Of a stretch of 64,000 bases of DNA, positions 50,601-59,193 are shown piece by piece. The DNA comes from Pseudomonadota bacterium (GTDB taxonomy: Bacteria > Pseudomonadota > Alphaproteobacteria > Rhodobacterales > Rhodobacteraceae). The DNA is taken from positions 2,739 to 66,738 of the forward strand of contig JAJZVD010000008.1 of NCBI GenBank assembly GCA_021845805.1, read 5' to 3'. Every line of letters starts with the position of its first letter. The first letter of the stretch is position 1. A model generated the notes under the pieces. That model did not search any database. It saw nothing but the letters and a program-made list of their open reading frames with translations, and was not told where the DNA came from. A program made the position numbers and the translations under genes.

Positions 50601-51138
50601 CGGCCCCGATGGTCTCGCCCAGCACGAACTGGCGGCCCATCTCCTTCATCGCGCGCGCCACCGCGCCCCGGATCACCGGCTCGCCCAGCCGCTTCACGGC
50701 GGCGCGCAGGTGGCCCACGATGCCGGGCTCGCGGTCCTCGAGCACCTTGCCGGTCAGCATCAGCGCCCAGGTCGAGGCATTCACCAGCGACGAGGCCGAC
50801 CGGCCCAGATGCCGCCCCCAGTCCGACGGCGCGATCTTGTCCTCGATCAGCGCATCCATCGTTTCGGCATCGGGCACCCGCAAGAGCGCCTCGGCCAGGC
50901 ACATCAGCGCGATGCCTTCTTCGGTCGACAGCCCGTATTCCGCCAGGAACACTTCCATCAGCCCGGGCTTCACGCTGGCGCGGATGCGGGCGACCAGATC
51001 GGCGCCCGAGGCCGTGATGCGCGCCCGCGTGGGCCCGTCCAGCGCCGCGGCATCGATCAGGCGGGCCAGCACCGCGCCCTCGGGCGCCAGTGTTCCGGCA
51101 GCGATGCGGGCCTTGAGGTCGTCGAGCGTGCTTTCCAT
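47686..51138 (-). CDS. putA: Bifunctional proline dehydrogenase/glutamate-5-semialdehyde dehydrogenase PutA
   Basis: SYDMLGE, SVKLSALHP, IDAEE, RLVKGAYWD, RRLLENGANSSF, ISPWNFP, AETGG, SAGQRCS, EIFGP. Confidence 0.97.
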   Translation of the reverse strand: MESTLDDLKARIAAGTLAPEGAVLARLIDAAALDGPTRARITASGADLVARIRASVKPGLMEVFLAEYGLSTEEGIALMCLAEALLRVPDAETMDALIEDKIAPSDWGRHLGRSASSLVNASTWALMLTGKVLEDREPGIVGHLRAAVKRLGEPVIRGAVARAMKEMGRQFVLGETIGAAMERAQAMESRGFTYSYDMLGEAARTEADARRYHLAYSRAIGAIAGACKSRDIRENPGISVKLSALHPRYEVAKRARVMAELVPRVRALAGLAKAAGLGFNIDAEEADRLTLSLEVIEAVLADPALAGWDGFGVVVQAYGRRAGAVIDWLYALAGRLDRRIMVRLVKGAYWDAEVKRAQVLGLESFPVFTRKAATDVSYIANAKTLLGMTDRIYPQFATHNAHTVAAILEMAGDKGAFEFQRLHGMGERLHDIVHADHGTRCRIYAPVGAHRDLLAYLVRRLLENGANSSFVNQIVNAEVPPEAVAACPFAAVEAVLPAPASPAIRRGPDLFGARGNSRGFDLTAEGDLATIEAARAPSRHETFHAAPLVMGVLVAGDGAAVPNPAAPDDIVGRVVPAGPDEVEAALEGAEVWQAPPAERAAVLRRAAALYEAEFGPLFTLLAREAGKTLADAVSELREATDFLRYYAEGAERLTAPPRGTFACISPWNFPLAIFTGQVAAALAAGNAVIAKPAEQTPLIAALAVRLLHQAGVPGAVLHLLPGDGAVGAALTRDPRLAGVAFTGSTDTALAIRRSMAATGTPTAPLIAETGGLNAMVVDSTALPEQAVRDILASAFQSAGQRCSALRCLYLQEDVAETVQEMLFGAMDELTLGDPWALATDVGPVIDPEAQGAIAAYIAQARADGRVLKELAPPARGHFIAPTVIRVEGIHQMTREIFGPVLHIATFRAGEIAAVIDAVNATGYGLTFGLHTRIDDRVQQVVDRIRAGNTYVNRNQIGAVVGSQPFGGEGLSGTGPKAGGPDYLGRFVQGPCPAGGTWDRPADPGRVQAQLAAAQAVRGAVRVLELPGPTGESNRLSLYPRDPVLCLGPGAQTAARQVALVQAAGGVAVAAEGALAAAALTGLAGFSAALWWGEAAEARAFAQALAARPGPILPLLTEEPDAARVLIERHVCIDTTASGGNARLLAEVSDA

Positions 51139-51237
51139 CGGCTGAGTCTCCCGTTTCACCGATCATATCGCGCTGGACGCAGGCGGGTTTCCCGAAGATG
51201 ATCGACATGCAGACCAGATGGCCTGCAAAGGGGCGCC

Positions 51238-51690
51238 ATGACAGAGCTTGATTCCTTTGATCGCGCGATCCTGCGGGAGCTGTCGGCCGATGGCCGGATC
51301 AGCGTCATGGAACTGGCCCGCCGCATCGGGCTGTCGAAATCGCCCACCCAGGCGCGGGTCAAGCGGCTGGAGGGGGCGGGCGTGATCCTGGGCTACCGTG
51401 CGCTGCTGGACCCGATCCGCATGGGGCAGGCGCATGTGGCCTTCGTGCAGTTGCGGCTGAGCGACACCCGCGAGGCGGCGTTGCAGGCCTTCAACCGCGC
51501 GGTGGCGGCGATCCCCGAGATCGAGCAGTGCCACATGATCGCGGGCGGGTTCGACTATCTGCTGAAGGTGCGCACCGCCGACATCGCGGATTACCGCCGG
51601 GTGCTGGCCGAACGGCTCTCGGCGCTGCCGCATGTGGCGGCGACCTCGACCTATGTGGCGATGGAGGCGGTGAAGGAGAGCCCGCTCTGA
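51238..51690 (+). CDS. putR: Lrp/AsnC family regulator divergent from putA
   Basis: LDSFDRAIL..L..DGRIS..ELA..IGLS...RVKRLE..GVI.GY; divergent from putA. Confidence 0.85.
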   Translation: MTELDSFDRAILRELSADGRISVMELARRIGLSKSPTQARVKRLEGAGVILGYRALLDPIRMGQAHVAFVQLRLSDTREAALQAFNRAVAAIPEIEQCHMIAGGFDYLLKVRTADIADYRRVLAERLSALPHVAATSTYVAMEAVKESPL

Positions 51691-51741
51691 CCCCCTCGCG
51701 CCCCTTGCCAGCCATCAGCCCCCATGCTTAACCGGCGCCGG

Positions 51742-51825
51742 GCCCGCGTGGTGGAACGGTAGACACAGGGGACTTAAAATCCCTAGCCGCACGGCGTGCC
51801 GGTTCAAATCCGGCCGCGGGCACCA
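51742..51825 (+). tRNA. tRNA-Leu(TAA)
   Basis: Acceptor stem GCCCGCG/CGCGGGC, discriminator A and encoded CCA; D-loop GGAACGGTAGAC; anticodon loop CTTAAAA; long variable arm; T-loop GTTCAAAT. Confidence 0.96.
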
Positions 51826-51859
51826 GCGGGCGAGGGCCCGCGGGAGGCGCGTTCCCCTG

Positions 51860-52420
51860 AAGCGCAGACCGCCCCCGGGCCAGCGCCCGACCGCCCTGAT
51901 GGGCGGGCGCTTATGGAGCGTCGGGCGCGGGCTCGCCCGGGGGAGAGGCCGCAGGATAAAGCACAGACCGTCACCCGCTCAGCGCCCCCCGCGGTCGGGG
52001 CGTTGGTCCTGTGGTGTGAGAGACGGAGTGGGCAGGCGCCACGCATCCCCCCGGCCCGGGGGAGCAGCGCGAAGCGCCCCCGGGCCAGCGCCCGACCGCC
52101 CTGATGGGCGGGCGCTTCCGAAGCGGCGGGTTCGGTCTCACCCTAGGGAGGAGCCTTGCCATGAAGCACAGACCGTCACCCGCTTAGCCCCCACCCGCGG
52201 TCGGGCGCTGGCCCCGTGGTGTGAGAGACGGAGTGGGCGGGCGCTCCTTGGCCGAACCGCGCGGGCTCACCCTAGGGAGGAGCCTTGCCATAAAGCGCAG
52301 ACCGTCACCCGCGCAGCGCCCACCCGCGGTCGGGCGTTGCCCCTCTGTTGTGAGAGACGGCGTGGGCAGGCGCCACGCCTCCCCCCGTTCCGCCCAACAG
52401 CCCCCGAGGTGCTCGCCCCC
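51860..52420 (+). repeat. Composite palindromic repeat array A (BIME/REPIN-like; two full units plus one partial)
   Basis: 42-bp core at 51871-51912 and 52076-52117 (period 205 bp); second module AT(A/G)AAGC.CAGACCGTCACCCGC at 51956, 52161 and 52290. Confidence 0.92.
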
Positions 52421-54151
52421 TCAGGTGCGCACGCCTGCGAACCGGGTCTGCCAGTCGGCGCGTTCCTCGTCGGTGATCTTGCGGAACAGCACGTCCGGCA
52501 CCGTGAAGGCATGGCCTGCGGGCAGCACCTCGAGCGCGGCGGCGATGTCGCCGGGCCAGCTCCAGTCCTCGCAGCCCATCGCGGCCATCATCGCGGCGGC
52601 GGCGTCCGGGATGAACGGGGCCGAGAGCACGGCGTAAAGCCGGGTGAGGTTCAGCGACAGCCGCACCTGCGCCGCGGCGGCGGCGGCATCGGTCTTGACC
52701 ACCGTCCAGGGCGCGGCGGATTGCAGGTATTCGTTGCCCGCCACCCAGATCGCGCGCAGTTCCGCCGCGGCCTTGCGGACCTCCATCGCCTCCATCAGCC
52801 CTTCATAGGCGCGGATGCGGGCGGTCAGCTCGCCGATCAGGATCTCTTCGCGCGGGCCGGTCGCGCCGCCCTCGGGCACCACCTCGCCGAATTTCGAGCG
52901 GCAGAACTTGGTGATGCGCGACACGAAATTGCCCAGCACGTCGGCCAGGTCCTTGTTCACGCTGGCCTGGAAATTCTCCCAGGTGAATTCGCTGTCGCTG
53001 CTTTCGGGGGCGTGGGACAAGAGCCACCAGCGCCAGTAATCGGCGGGCAGGATCGACAGCGCCTGGTCCATGAACACGCCGCGGCCCTGGCTGGTCGAGA
53101 ACTGGCCGCCATCGTAGTTCAGGTAGTTGAACGACTTGATGTAATCGACCAGCTTCCACTGCGCCCCGCCCGCCCGGTTCGCGCCGATGATCGTGGCGGG
53201 GAAGCTCAGCGTGTGGAAGGGCACGTTGTCCTTGCCCATGAACTCGATGTAGCGCACGTCCTCGGCGCCCTTGTCGGTGCGCCACCAGCGCTGCCAGGCT
53301 TCGTCGCCCAGACCCTGCGCGTCGGCCCATTCGGCGGTGGCGGCGATGTATTCGATGGGGGCGTCGAACCAGACGTAGAAGACCTTGCCATCCATGCCCT
53401 GCCAGGGCGCGCCCTCGAACTGGGCGGGTACGCCCCAGTACAGGTCACGGGTGATGCCGCGGTCCTGCAATCCTTCGCCGTCGTCCAGCCACTTCAGCGC
53501 GATCGAGGTGGTCAGCACCGGCCAGTCGGATTTCGAGGTGATCCAGGCCCGCAGATCCTCGCGCAGCGACTTCTGCCTGAGGTACAGGTGCTTGGTCTCG
53601 CGCACCTCGAGCCGGGTCGAGCCCGACACCGCCGAGCGCGGGTTGATCAGGTCGGTCGGGTCAAGCTGCTTGGTGCAGTTCTCGCACTGGTCGCCGCGGG
53701 CCTTGTCATAGCCGCAGTTGGGGCAGGTGCCCTCGATGTAGCGGTCGGGCAGGAAGCGGTTGTCGTCGATGGAAAAGACCTGCTGTTCCGCGACCTCGGC
53801 GATCAGCCCCTGTTCGCCGAGCGTCCTGGCGAAATACTGGGTCAGCGCCCGGTTGCGCGCGCTGGACGAGCGGCCGAAATGGTCGAACGACAGGCGGAAC
53901 CCGGCGCCGAGCGCCTTCTGCACCTCGTGCATCTCGGCGCAATAGGCCTCGACCGGCTTGCCCGCCTTGGCGGCGGCAAGCTCCGCGGGCGTGCCGTGTT
54001 CGTCGGTCGCGCAGATGAACATCACCTCGTGCCCGCGCGCACGCAGGTAGCGCGCGGTCAGGTCGGCCGGCAACTGGCTGCCCACAAGGTTGCCCAGATG
54101 CTTGATGCCGTTGATGTAGGGGATCGCCGAGGTGATCAGAATCCGTGCCAT
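52421..54151 (-). CDS. metG: Methionine--tRNA ligase
   Basis: [21 protein letters not shown], Zn knuckle CPNC...[29 protein letters not shown]. Confidence 0.97.
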   Translation of the reverse strand: MARILITSAIPYINGIKHLGNLVGSQLPADLTARYLRARGHEVMFICATDEHGTPAELAAAKAGKPVEAYCAEMHEVQKALGAGFRLSFDHFGRSSSARNRALTQYFARTLGEQGLIAEVAEQQVFSIDDNRFLPDRYIEGTCPNCGYDKARGDQCENCTKQLDPTDLINPRSAVSGSTRLEVRETKHLYLRQKSLREDLRAWITSKSDWPVLTTSIALKWLDDGEGLQDRGITRDLYWGVPAQFEGAPWQGMDGKVFYVWFDAPIEYIAATAEWADAQGLGDEAWQRWWRTDKGAEDVRYIEFMGKDNVPFHTLSFPATIIGANRAGGAQWKLVDYIKSFNYLNYDGGQFSTSQGRGVFMDQALSILPADYWRWWLLSHAPESSDSEFTWENFQASVNKDLADVLGNFVSRITKFCRSKFGEVVPEGGATGPREEILIGELTARIRAYEGLMEAMEVRKAAAELRAIWVAGNEYLQSAAPWTVVKTDAAAAAAQVRLSLNLTRLYAVLSAPFIPDAAAAMMAAMGCEDWSWPGDIAAALEVLPAGHAFTVPDVLFRKITDEERADWQTRFAGVRT

Positions 54152-54284
54152 GCGTCCGCGCCTTTCATCCCGTTCGCGCGGTGTTTAGCGCCCATGGGGC
54201 CGAAGGGCCAGAGCCTAGCGCAGCGGGGTCTCTCCGGCGTGAAAGGCTGGATGGACGGGCGCATGGGTTCCCGCGGCACCGGGG

Positions 54285-54760
54285 GAGCCCTGCGCTGCAC
54301 CCGCCCGCGGTCGGGCGCGGGCCCTGTGTGGGGAGAGACGGGGTGGGCGGGCGCCACACATCCCACCGGGCCGGGGGAACAAGCGAAGCGCCCCCGGGCC
54401 AGCGCCCGACCGCCCCCAAGGGCGGGCGCTTCCTGAGCGTCGAGGGCGGGCGCATCCGAGGGAGAGGCCGCACCATAAAGCGCAGACCGTCACCCGCTCA
54501 GCGCCCCCCCGCGGTCGGGCGCGGGCCCTGTGTGGGGAGAGACGGGGTAGGCGGGCGCCACGCCTCCCACCGGCCCGGGGGAACAGCCCCGAAGGTGCCC
54601 CCCGTGCCAGCGCCCGACCACCCGCACCGCGCGGGCTCACCCGCGGGGGGACATCGCCATAAAGCGCAGACCTTCACCGATGCAGCGCCCACCCGCGGTC
54701 GGTCGCGGGCCCTCTGATGCACGAGAGGCAGGGTCCGCGCCCAGCCCCTCGGTCACGTCC
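54285..54760 (+). repeat. Composite palindromic repeat array B
   Basis: Core at 54390-54431 (loop CCAA); truncated core near 54597; second module at 54475 and 54659; leading half-unit from about 54290. Confidence 0.9.
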
Positions 54761-54764
54761 CCCC

Positions 54765-56003
54765 TCAGCGTCCGTCCTCGGGCGGGGCGTCGCGCAGCGG
54801 CTGTTGCAGCTTGCCGATCAGGAACGAGGTGCGCGGCTCGGACACGAAACGGGTGCGGTGGCCGCGGCTGGGGCGGGCCTTCATCCGCGCCAGCCCGTAG
54901 ACGATCAGAAGCCCGTTGGTCAGCGCGACGAAGGCGAACATCGATCGCGGACCGGCGAAGGTGATCAACGACGAGGCGATGATCGGGCTGGCCATCGCGC
55001 CGCCCGCCCACAGGAACATCTGCGCAGCCGACAGTTCCACCCGCTCGTGGCTTTCGGCAAAGTCATGCCCATGCGCCGACGACACGGAATAGAGCGGGAA
55101 GGTGGTGAACCCGTAAATCGCTGCCGTCACCATCACCGGCACCGTGCCCAGATGCGCCATCACCACCGTCAGCCCCGCCGCGCAGATCGTGCCGAAGGCC
55201 AGCCCCACGATGACCCAGCGCCGGTCATAGCGGTCGGCGATGGCCCCCATCGGCAATTGCGAGACCCAGCCCCCCGCGACATAGGTTGCCAGAAACAGCG
55301 CGATCTGATGCGCCGTAAGCCCCACCGCCGCGCCATAGAGCGGGCCCACCATCCGGAAGGCCGATCCGGTGACGCCCGCCACCACCACCCCCACTGCGCC
55401 CAGCGGCGAGCAGTCCCAGGCCAGCTTCGGCCGCAGCCGCGGGGTTTCGGGCATCGGCGGCTGTTCCATCCGCGTCAGCGCCACCGGAAAGAGCGCCGCC
55501 GCACAGAAGATGGCCAGCACGTTGTAGGAGATGAAACTGGAGGCCGGCAGCACCCCGATCAGAAGCTGCGCGCCGAAGCTGCCGCCCGCATCGACGGTGC
55601 GGTAGATCCCCATCGTCCGCCCGCGCGAGGCATTGGTCAGCCGCGCGTTCAGCCAGGCCTCGATGATCGTGTAGCAGCCTGCCACGCAAAGCCCCGACAG
55701 CATCCGCATCCCCATCCAGGCATAGGGATTGACGATCATCATGTGCAGCAGGATGCCGATCACCCCGGCCGCGGCATAGGCCGCGAAGGCGCGGCTGTGG
55801 CCGACCTCGCCCATCAGCCGCGGCGCCCACCAGCAGCCCAGCAGAAAGCCCACGAAATGCGCCGATCCCAGCATCCCGATCTGGGCATTGGTGAACTGCA
55901 TCATCAGCCCCGACAGGGCGTCAAGCGGCGCCACGCCCCCGGTGCCCAGTTGCAGCAGCACGTCGGACAGGAACAGGGCGGCGAAGGTCAGAAGAAGGCG
56001 CAT
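54765..56003 (-). CDS. MFS transporter (YcaD-like)
   Basis: 12 TM helices; GHSRAFA, EAWLN...RGR.MGIY, GAIADRYDRR. Confidence 0.9.
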   Translation of the reverse strand: MRLLLTFAALFLSDVLLQLGTGGVAPLDALSGLMMQFTNAQIGMLGSAHFVGFLLGCWWAPRLMGEVGHSRAFAAYAAAGVIGILLHMMIVNPYAWMGMRMLSGLCVAGCYTIIEAWLNARLTNASRGRTMGIYRTVDAGGSFGAQLLIGVLPASSFISYNVLAIFCAAALFPVALTRMEQPPMPETPRLRPKLAWDCSPLGAVGVVVAGVTGSAFRMVGPLYGAAVGLTAHQIALFLATYVAGGWVSQLPMGAIADRYDRRWVIVGLAFGTICAAGLTVVMAHLGTVPVMVTAAIYGFTTFPLYSVSSAHGHDFAESHERVELSAAQMFLWAGGAMASPIIASSLITFAGPRSMFAFVALTNGLLIVYGLARMKARPSRGHRTRFVSEPRTSFLIGKLQQPLRDAPPEDGR

Positions 56004-56212
56004 CGTCAGGGTACGGCACGGGGCATGATCCGGCCACCCTCGGGCGGCGGGGCGGGGCTTGCGCCTCCTTCACCGGCATCGCGGTGTCGTATTCCGCCCA
56101 TTCGCCTCACGGCGGCGTGATCGGGCGCGCGCCCCCTTGCCGCCGCCGCTGCCTTCGGTAGGGTCCGCCCCCAACCCCGGGCGCGCGTGGCGCCCCGCAC
56201 CGGAGACCGGCG

Positions 56213-57256
56213 ATGAAAATGCTTTCCCTTGGCCAGAGCGGCCTGACCGTTTCGGAATACTGCCTTGGCACCATGACCTTCGGCAACCAGACCGGCCCCG
56301 CCGATGCCCATGCCCAGATCGACGCGGCGCTGGCGGCGGGGGTGAATTTCATCGACACGGCCGAGATGTATCCGACCCAGCCCGTGCGCGCCGAGACCGT
56401 GGGCCGGACCGAGGAGATCATCGGCGACTGGCTGGCGACATCGGGCCGGCGGGGCGAGGTGGTGCTGGCCACCAAGCTGACCGGGACGGGCCAGAAGATG
56501 GTGCGCGACGGCGCGCCGGTGAACGGCGCCACGCTCGTCGCGGCGGCCGAGGCCTCGCTCCGGCGGCTGAAGACCGATGTCATCGACCTTTACCAGATCC
56601 ACTGGCCCAGCCGCGGGTCGTATCACTTCCGGCAGAACTGGGGCTTTTCCCCCGCCCGGCAGGATCGCGCCGCGACCGTGGCCCACATGACAGAGATGCT
56701 CGAGGCGCTTCAGGGCCTGGTGCAGGCGGGCAAGGTGCGCGCCTTCGGTCTGTCGAACGAAAGCGCCTGGGGCACGGCGCTGTGGCTGCGTCTGGCCGAG
56801 GAACACGCGCTGCCCCGCGTGGTCTCGGTGCAGAACGAATACTCGCTGCTCTGCCGTCTGGCGGATACCGACATGGCGGAACTGTGCCACAACGAGGATG
56901 TGACGCTGTTGGCCTTCTCGCCGCTCGGGGCGGGGCTGCTGACCGGGAAATACGCAGGCGGCGCGGTGCCCGACGGCTCGCGCAAGGCGGCCACGCCGGA
57001 TCTGGGCGGTCGGGTCAGCCCGCGGGTGGATGCCGCGGTGGCGGCCTATCACGCGGTTGCGCGCCGCCACGGGCTTGACCCGGTGCGGATGGCGCTGGCC
57101 TGGACAAGGGCGCGGCCCTTCCCGGTGATCCCCATCCTGGGCGCCACCACGCGGGCGCAACTGGACCACGCGCTGGGCGCCGCCGGGATGATTCTGCCCC
57201 CCGAGGTGATGGCCGAGCTTGACGCCACCCACCGCGCGCATCCGATGCCCTATTGA
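56213..57256 (+). CDS. Aldo/keto reductase (Tas-like)
   Basis: LGTMTFG, NFIDTAEMY, ATK, DLYQIHWP, GLSNE, QNEYSLL, FSPLG.G.LTGKY. Confidence 0.94.
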   Translation: MKMLSLGQSGLTVSEYCLGTMTFGNQTGPADAHAQIDAALAAGVNFIDTAEMYPTQPVRAETVGRTEEIIGDWLATSGRRGEVVLATKLTGTGQKMVRDGAPVNGATLVAAAEASLRRLKTDVIDLYQIHWPSRGSYHFRQNWGFSPARQDRAATVAHMTEMLEALQGLVQAGKVRAFGLSNESAWGTALWLRLAEEHALPRVVSVQNEYSLLCRLADTDMAELCHNEDVTLLAFSPLGAGLLTGKYAGGAVPDGSRKAATPDLGGRVSPRVDAAVAAYHAVARRHGLDPVRMALAWTRARPFPVIPILGATTRAQLDHALGAAGMILPPEVMAELDATHRAHPMPY

Positions 57257-57369
57257 CCGGGCGGTCTGCGCCCGCCCGCCCGCCCGAGGCTGTGAACGGC
57301 TTGCCCTTGCCAGCGGGCGCGGTTTGGGGCCTTGTCAGACCTGTGTCCGCTGAACGCCCGGGGGGTTTC

Positions 57370-57708
57370 GTGCGCCGTCTGCCGCTGTGCCTGCTGATCC
57401 TGACCGCCCTGGCCGGATGCGGCATGGGCAAGAACGCGCCGCCGCCGCTGCCCCCGGTGGGGGCGGCCAGCGTCGCCCTGTCGAAGGCCGCCTGCGACCG
57501 CGGCGGGGGGCAATGGGCGGGCACGGCGGGCAAGGGGATGCTGTGTTTCCGCACCCCCGCCGATGCGGGCAAGTCCTGCGACCGCGGCAACCAGTGCAGC
57601 GCAGGCTGTCTGGCCAAGAGCCATACCTGCGCCCCGATCACACCGTTGCTGGGCTGCCAGCAACTGCTTGACGACTACGGACAGACGGTGACCCAATGCG
57701 TAAGCTGA
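57370..57708 (+). CDS. Cysteine-rich lipoprotein of unknown function
   Basis: GTG start gives lipobox LAGC; eight further Cys in the mature domain; overlaps the next gene by 13 nt. Confidence 0.75.
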   Translation: MRRLPLCLLILTALAGCGMGKNAPPPLPPVGAASVALSKAACDRGGGQWAGTAGKGMLCFRTPADAGKSCDRGNQCSAGCLAKSHTCAPITPLLGCQQLLDDYGQTVTQCVS

Positions 57709-58211
57709 GCCTTGCCCTGCTTCTGGGCCTCGCCGCCTGTGCCGCCCCGATGCGGGAGCCGTCGTTCCGTCCGCATGGCGGCGGCATCTATTCCACCGCC
57801 GGGCTTGACCCCGCGCGGATCATGGGGCGGTGGCATGAGGTGGCCGGGTTCTACGATCCCACCCGGTCGGGCTGCGCCACCGGCCTGACGCAGGTGGCCG
57901 CGGGCAGCGCGGGCACGCTGCGCCTGACCATCGGCGACTGCGCCGGGCTCGGTCCGCGCACCGTCACCGCGCTGCCGGGGGATGCGGCCGGGCGCTATCG
58001 CCCCGACCTGCCCGGGCGGCTGGGCGACACCTGGTGGGTGCTCTGGGTCGGCAGCGACAATGACGTGATGGTGATCGGCACGCCCTCGGGCCGGTTCGGC
58101 GCGATCCTGAGCCGCACGCCCACCCTGCGCCCCGATCTTTACGAGGCGGCGCGGCAGGTGCTGGATTTCAACGGCTACGACCTTGCCCAGTTGAAGCCCG
58201 TGGCGCGCTGA
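57696..58211 (+). CDS. Lipocalin family lipoprotein (Blc-like)
   Basis: Lipobox LAAC; SCR1 motif IMGRWHEVA; WWVLWV..D; ILSRTP. Confidence 0.85.
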   Translation: MRKLSLALLLGLAACAAPMREPSFRPHGGGIYSTAGLDPARIMGRWHEVAGFYDPTRSGCATGLTQVAAGSAGTLRLTIGDCAGLGPRTVTALPGDAAGRYRPDLPGRLGDTWWVLWVGSDNDVMVIGTPSGRFGAILSRTPTLRPDLYEAARQVLDFNGYDLAQLKPVAR

Positions 58212-58220
58212 GCGCCCGGG

Positions 58221-59084
58221 TCAGCCCGCCACCCCTTCGCGCAGGGTACGCAGGTACTGCGGCACGTCGCGGGCGCCGATCGCGGCCTCGCGCACCAGCC
58301 CGTCGAAATGCTGGGTGAAGGCCGCCACCCGGTCGCTGTCGCGGAAGGCCAGGTAATGGCGGCCCAGGTAGACCACCGCCAGAAGCGGCCCGAAGACCGT
58401 GATCGGCGCCGAGAACAGCCGCCGCGCATCGAAGAGGTAAAGCCGCAGCGCGGGGTAAAGCTGGTCCAGCAGGTGCAGGAGCCAGTCGATCTGCTCGCGG
58501 CGCAGCGCGGCCGAGAGGCCGACATAATAGCCCGTGGCGCTGGCAAAGGACGCCAGTTCGTGCAGCGGAAGGGCGATTTCGTAATCCGACCGCGCCGCGC
58601 GCATCCAGCGCAGGCGGTCCTCGCTGGCGCCGATCGCCTGCTCGGCGCTGCGGCCAAGCTGCGGCTCGTATTCCCAGCGCAGCATCTCGCGGGTCTTCAG
58701 CATGTCGGGCAGGGTGGCCGGTACATGCCGGATCTTGTAGCCCGCCGCCTCCTGGTGCCAGGCGAAGATGCGCTCGTCGATCAGCGCGCGCGGCGCCTCG
58801 GTCATCGACAGCGAGGTGGCCAGCAGATCGGCCACCCGTTCGGGCCGGTCGCTGAGCCCCAGAAGCCAGTCAGCCGAAACCCCCAGCGCCGCGGCGCATT
58901 CCGCCGCCACCTGCGCATTGGGCAGCCGCCCCGCATCGCCTGCAAGAAGCTGCGAGACGGTCGAGCGGTCCACCCCCACGGTGCGGGCCAGCGCGCTCTG
59001 GCTCAGCCCCTTCTCGGCCATGCCCTGGGCCAGGCGGGTGCGGAACAGGTCGGCGCGGGTGCGTTTGTCGATTCGATGCGGCAT
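58221..59084 (-). CDS. XRE-family HTH regulator with large C-terminal domain
   Basis: LSQSALARTVGVDRSTVSQLL...LGVSADWLLG HTH; start at 59084 (or 59096). Minus strand shows TG-a-TATGAT 7 nt before ATG 59084, consistent with an extended -10 and a leaderless start. Confidence 0.88.
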   Translation of the reverse strand: MPHRIDKRTRADLFRTRLAQGMAEKGLSQSALARTVGVDRSTVSQLLAGDAGRLPNAQVAAECAAALGVSADWLLGLSDRPERVADLLATSLSMTEAPRALIDERIFAWHQEAAGYKIRHVPATLPDMLKTREMLRWEYEPQLGRSAEQAIGASEDRLRWMRAARSDYEIALPLHELASFASATGYYVGLSAALRREQIDWLLHLLDQLYPALRLYLFDARRLFSAPITVFGPLLAVVYLGRHYLAFRDSDRVAAFTQHFDGLVREAAIGARDVPQYLRTLREGVAG

Positions 59085-59193
59085 GTGTTGAATCATATCA
59101 CAGGTGTTGCGTTGGTGTTGCGCAAGTTCCGAATTCCCGCGGGTTGGTCGGCGGTGCTACGCCAATCGCACCGAACAGACCAAGGGGGCGATC

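Noticed and set aside
46417-51201. Very long ORFs in the track (1594 aa here; also 39386-43660, 51899-54436, 27205-29694, 59098-61227, 61019-63181)
   Set aside because: They are antisense or alternate-frame shadows of well-supported genes in high-GC DNA, with Arg/Gly/Pro/Ala-rich composition and no domain motifs.
52148-52187. GGAGG plus ATG giving the peptide MKHRPSPA* inside the repeat (similar at 61226)
   Set aside because: Four of six copies have ATA instead of ATG and the downstream frames are not conserved, so it is not a maintained coding unit.
51742-52420. tRNA-Leu as attachment site of an integrated element
   Set aside because: No integrase, no duplicated tRNA 3' end seen, and core gene metG follows directly.
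54152-54285. SAM-type riboswitch or T-box upstream of metG
   Set aside because: No recognisable SAM-II, SAM-SAH or T-box consensus by eye.
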